Assembly: GCA_965113315.1 (NCBI GenBank)
Contig: OZ220365.1
Strand: one strand, 5' to 3'
DNA length: 64,000 nucleotides
From: Podarcis vaucheri
Taxonomy: Eukaryota
Shown: positions 62,911-64,000 of the stretch, in pieces
Layout: each line of letters begins with the position of its first letter
How positions within the stretch are numbered: position 1 is the stretch's first letter
Program-made: the position numbers and the translations under genes
Notes under the pieces: model-generated
What the model saw: the letters and a program-made list of their open reading frames with translations, nothing else
What the model was told of the DNA's origin: nothing
The model's database searches: none

Positions 62911-64000
62911 CCTTAGTATTGATGTGGAAGTTTTAATGTTACAATGTGATATATTGATTCTTCCAAATTTTGACCAACATAAGTTATCTAGGGGTGTGAA
63001 TCAGTGTTGCCCTTGTTTTCATTGCTTTAGGAAGATTGAGCATTAATGGGGAAAGCAGTGTCGGTAGTACAGTTTCGGCACAAAGTTCTTACCGGAAAAA
63101 GACTCTTTGTACTCTAGAGTTGTCGCTTTCCTCTGAGAGACCATTATTTCATCCCCAAAAGTTCAAAAATCATTAGCAGCAGAGTAATGTGTGTCTGAAG
63201 AACCATTTTCAATATTTCGCCATTTTTCTCAAAACCAGATGAGTTGCAAAAGCATCAATAGTACCTGGTTTTTGTTTGTTTTTCAGTCTTTTAATATTTA
63301 ACTGCCTTTAAAAGTAAAGAACAGCAAAGCAGTTTGTGGAAGATTTTGAGTAAATTTGTTCTGGAGGTTGAGAAAGTTGTTCTCATTATTAAATACAAAA
63401 ATAACTTCTGTTAATACCTCACGTAAATGAGGCAGTGCTGAGGTACTAATAAAGGCAGTGGCACTGAAGAGTTGCAAAGTGAATTTCTGTGTACAGTACC
63501 TGCATTCTATGTTGAGTAAAATCAAATGGACCTTCCTGAAGTAACACTATACAGAGCAGCTTTACTGAATATTACCGCAGCAAATAAATGTCCTTTGTAC
63601 TATGTATTTATGTAAATTGGGTGCTAATAAATACTATTTTTCAACATCTTTGTGTGTGTTCTAAATGTATATTACAGTTTATGGAACCTCTCCAAAAATA
63701 CAAGCCACAGGGTGAAAAAAGCCTCTTTATATGTCATCATTTGCTCCACAGACTTTATGAATTACATTTTTACTCAGAGGTAACCATGTTGGTCCACTGG
63801 AAAAGAAAAAAATCAAAAGCTGCCGTAGGGCAATTATTTCTTTGGATTCTTGTTTTTGTTTGTTTTTATGTTATTTTTATTTTATTGTTATGTTGTACAC
63901 CACTTAGATTTTTTAAAACATTAAGCAGTTTATAAGCACTTTTAAATTTAAAAACCCTTTTAATCACTATCAAACAGAATATCTTAAAGTAGTAAGTATT

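Larger units (their letters stand above)
56920..64000 (+). other. Putative long STRN 3' UTR; candidate AATAAA signals near 57735, 57825, 63583
   Basis: U/UG-rich, repeat-poor sequence after the stop with several AATAAA hexamers; true end cannot be determined from sequence. Confidence 0.45.

Noticed and set aside
57000-64000. A second gene downstream of STRN
   Set aside because: Only short ORFs without recognisable domains or consistent exon structure on either strand

Overview
Eukaryotic, intron-rich, AT-rich genomic DNA, almost certainly from a squamate reptile (Sauria SINE, Bov-B, CR1 and L2 repeats). The window contains the complete 18-exon striatin gene (STRN) on the + strand: CpG-island promoter at about 6.8-7.5 kb, ATG at 7113, stop at 56919, 2403 nt CDS (800 aa), all introns GT-AG. 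A long putative 3' UTR follows. The most unusual content is two young Penelope-like retroelements (PLEs) from different clades, both arranged as large head-to-head inverted duplications. (1) A Poseidon-like element upstream of STRN has an intact 906-aa RT + GIY-YIG ORF, pseudo-LTRs and a mirror arm running off the window edge. (2) A 5'-truncated Neptune-like element fills most of STRN intron 6 as a 1113-bp x2 palindrome bounded by a single 13-bp target-site duplication. The pLTRs of both carry a minimal hammerhead-ribozyme motif downstream of a TATA-like box (TATA plus Inr in the Neptune-like element). The junctions suggest cDNA snap-back (self-primed second-strand synthesis) as the integration route. 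The rest is hAT and Tc1/mariner MITEs, SINEs, LINE fragments and microsatellites. All coordinates were derived by manual reading; no searches were run.
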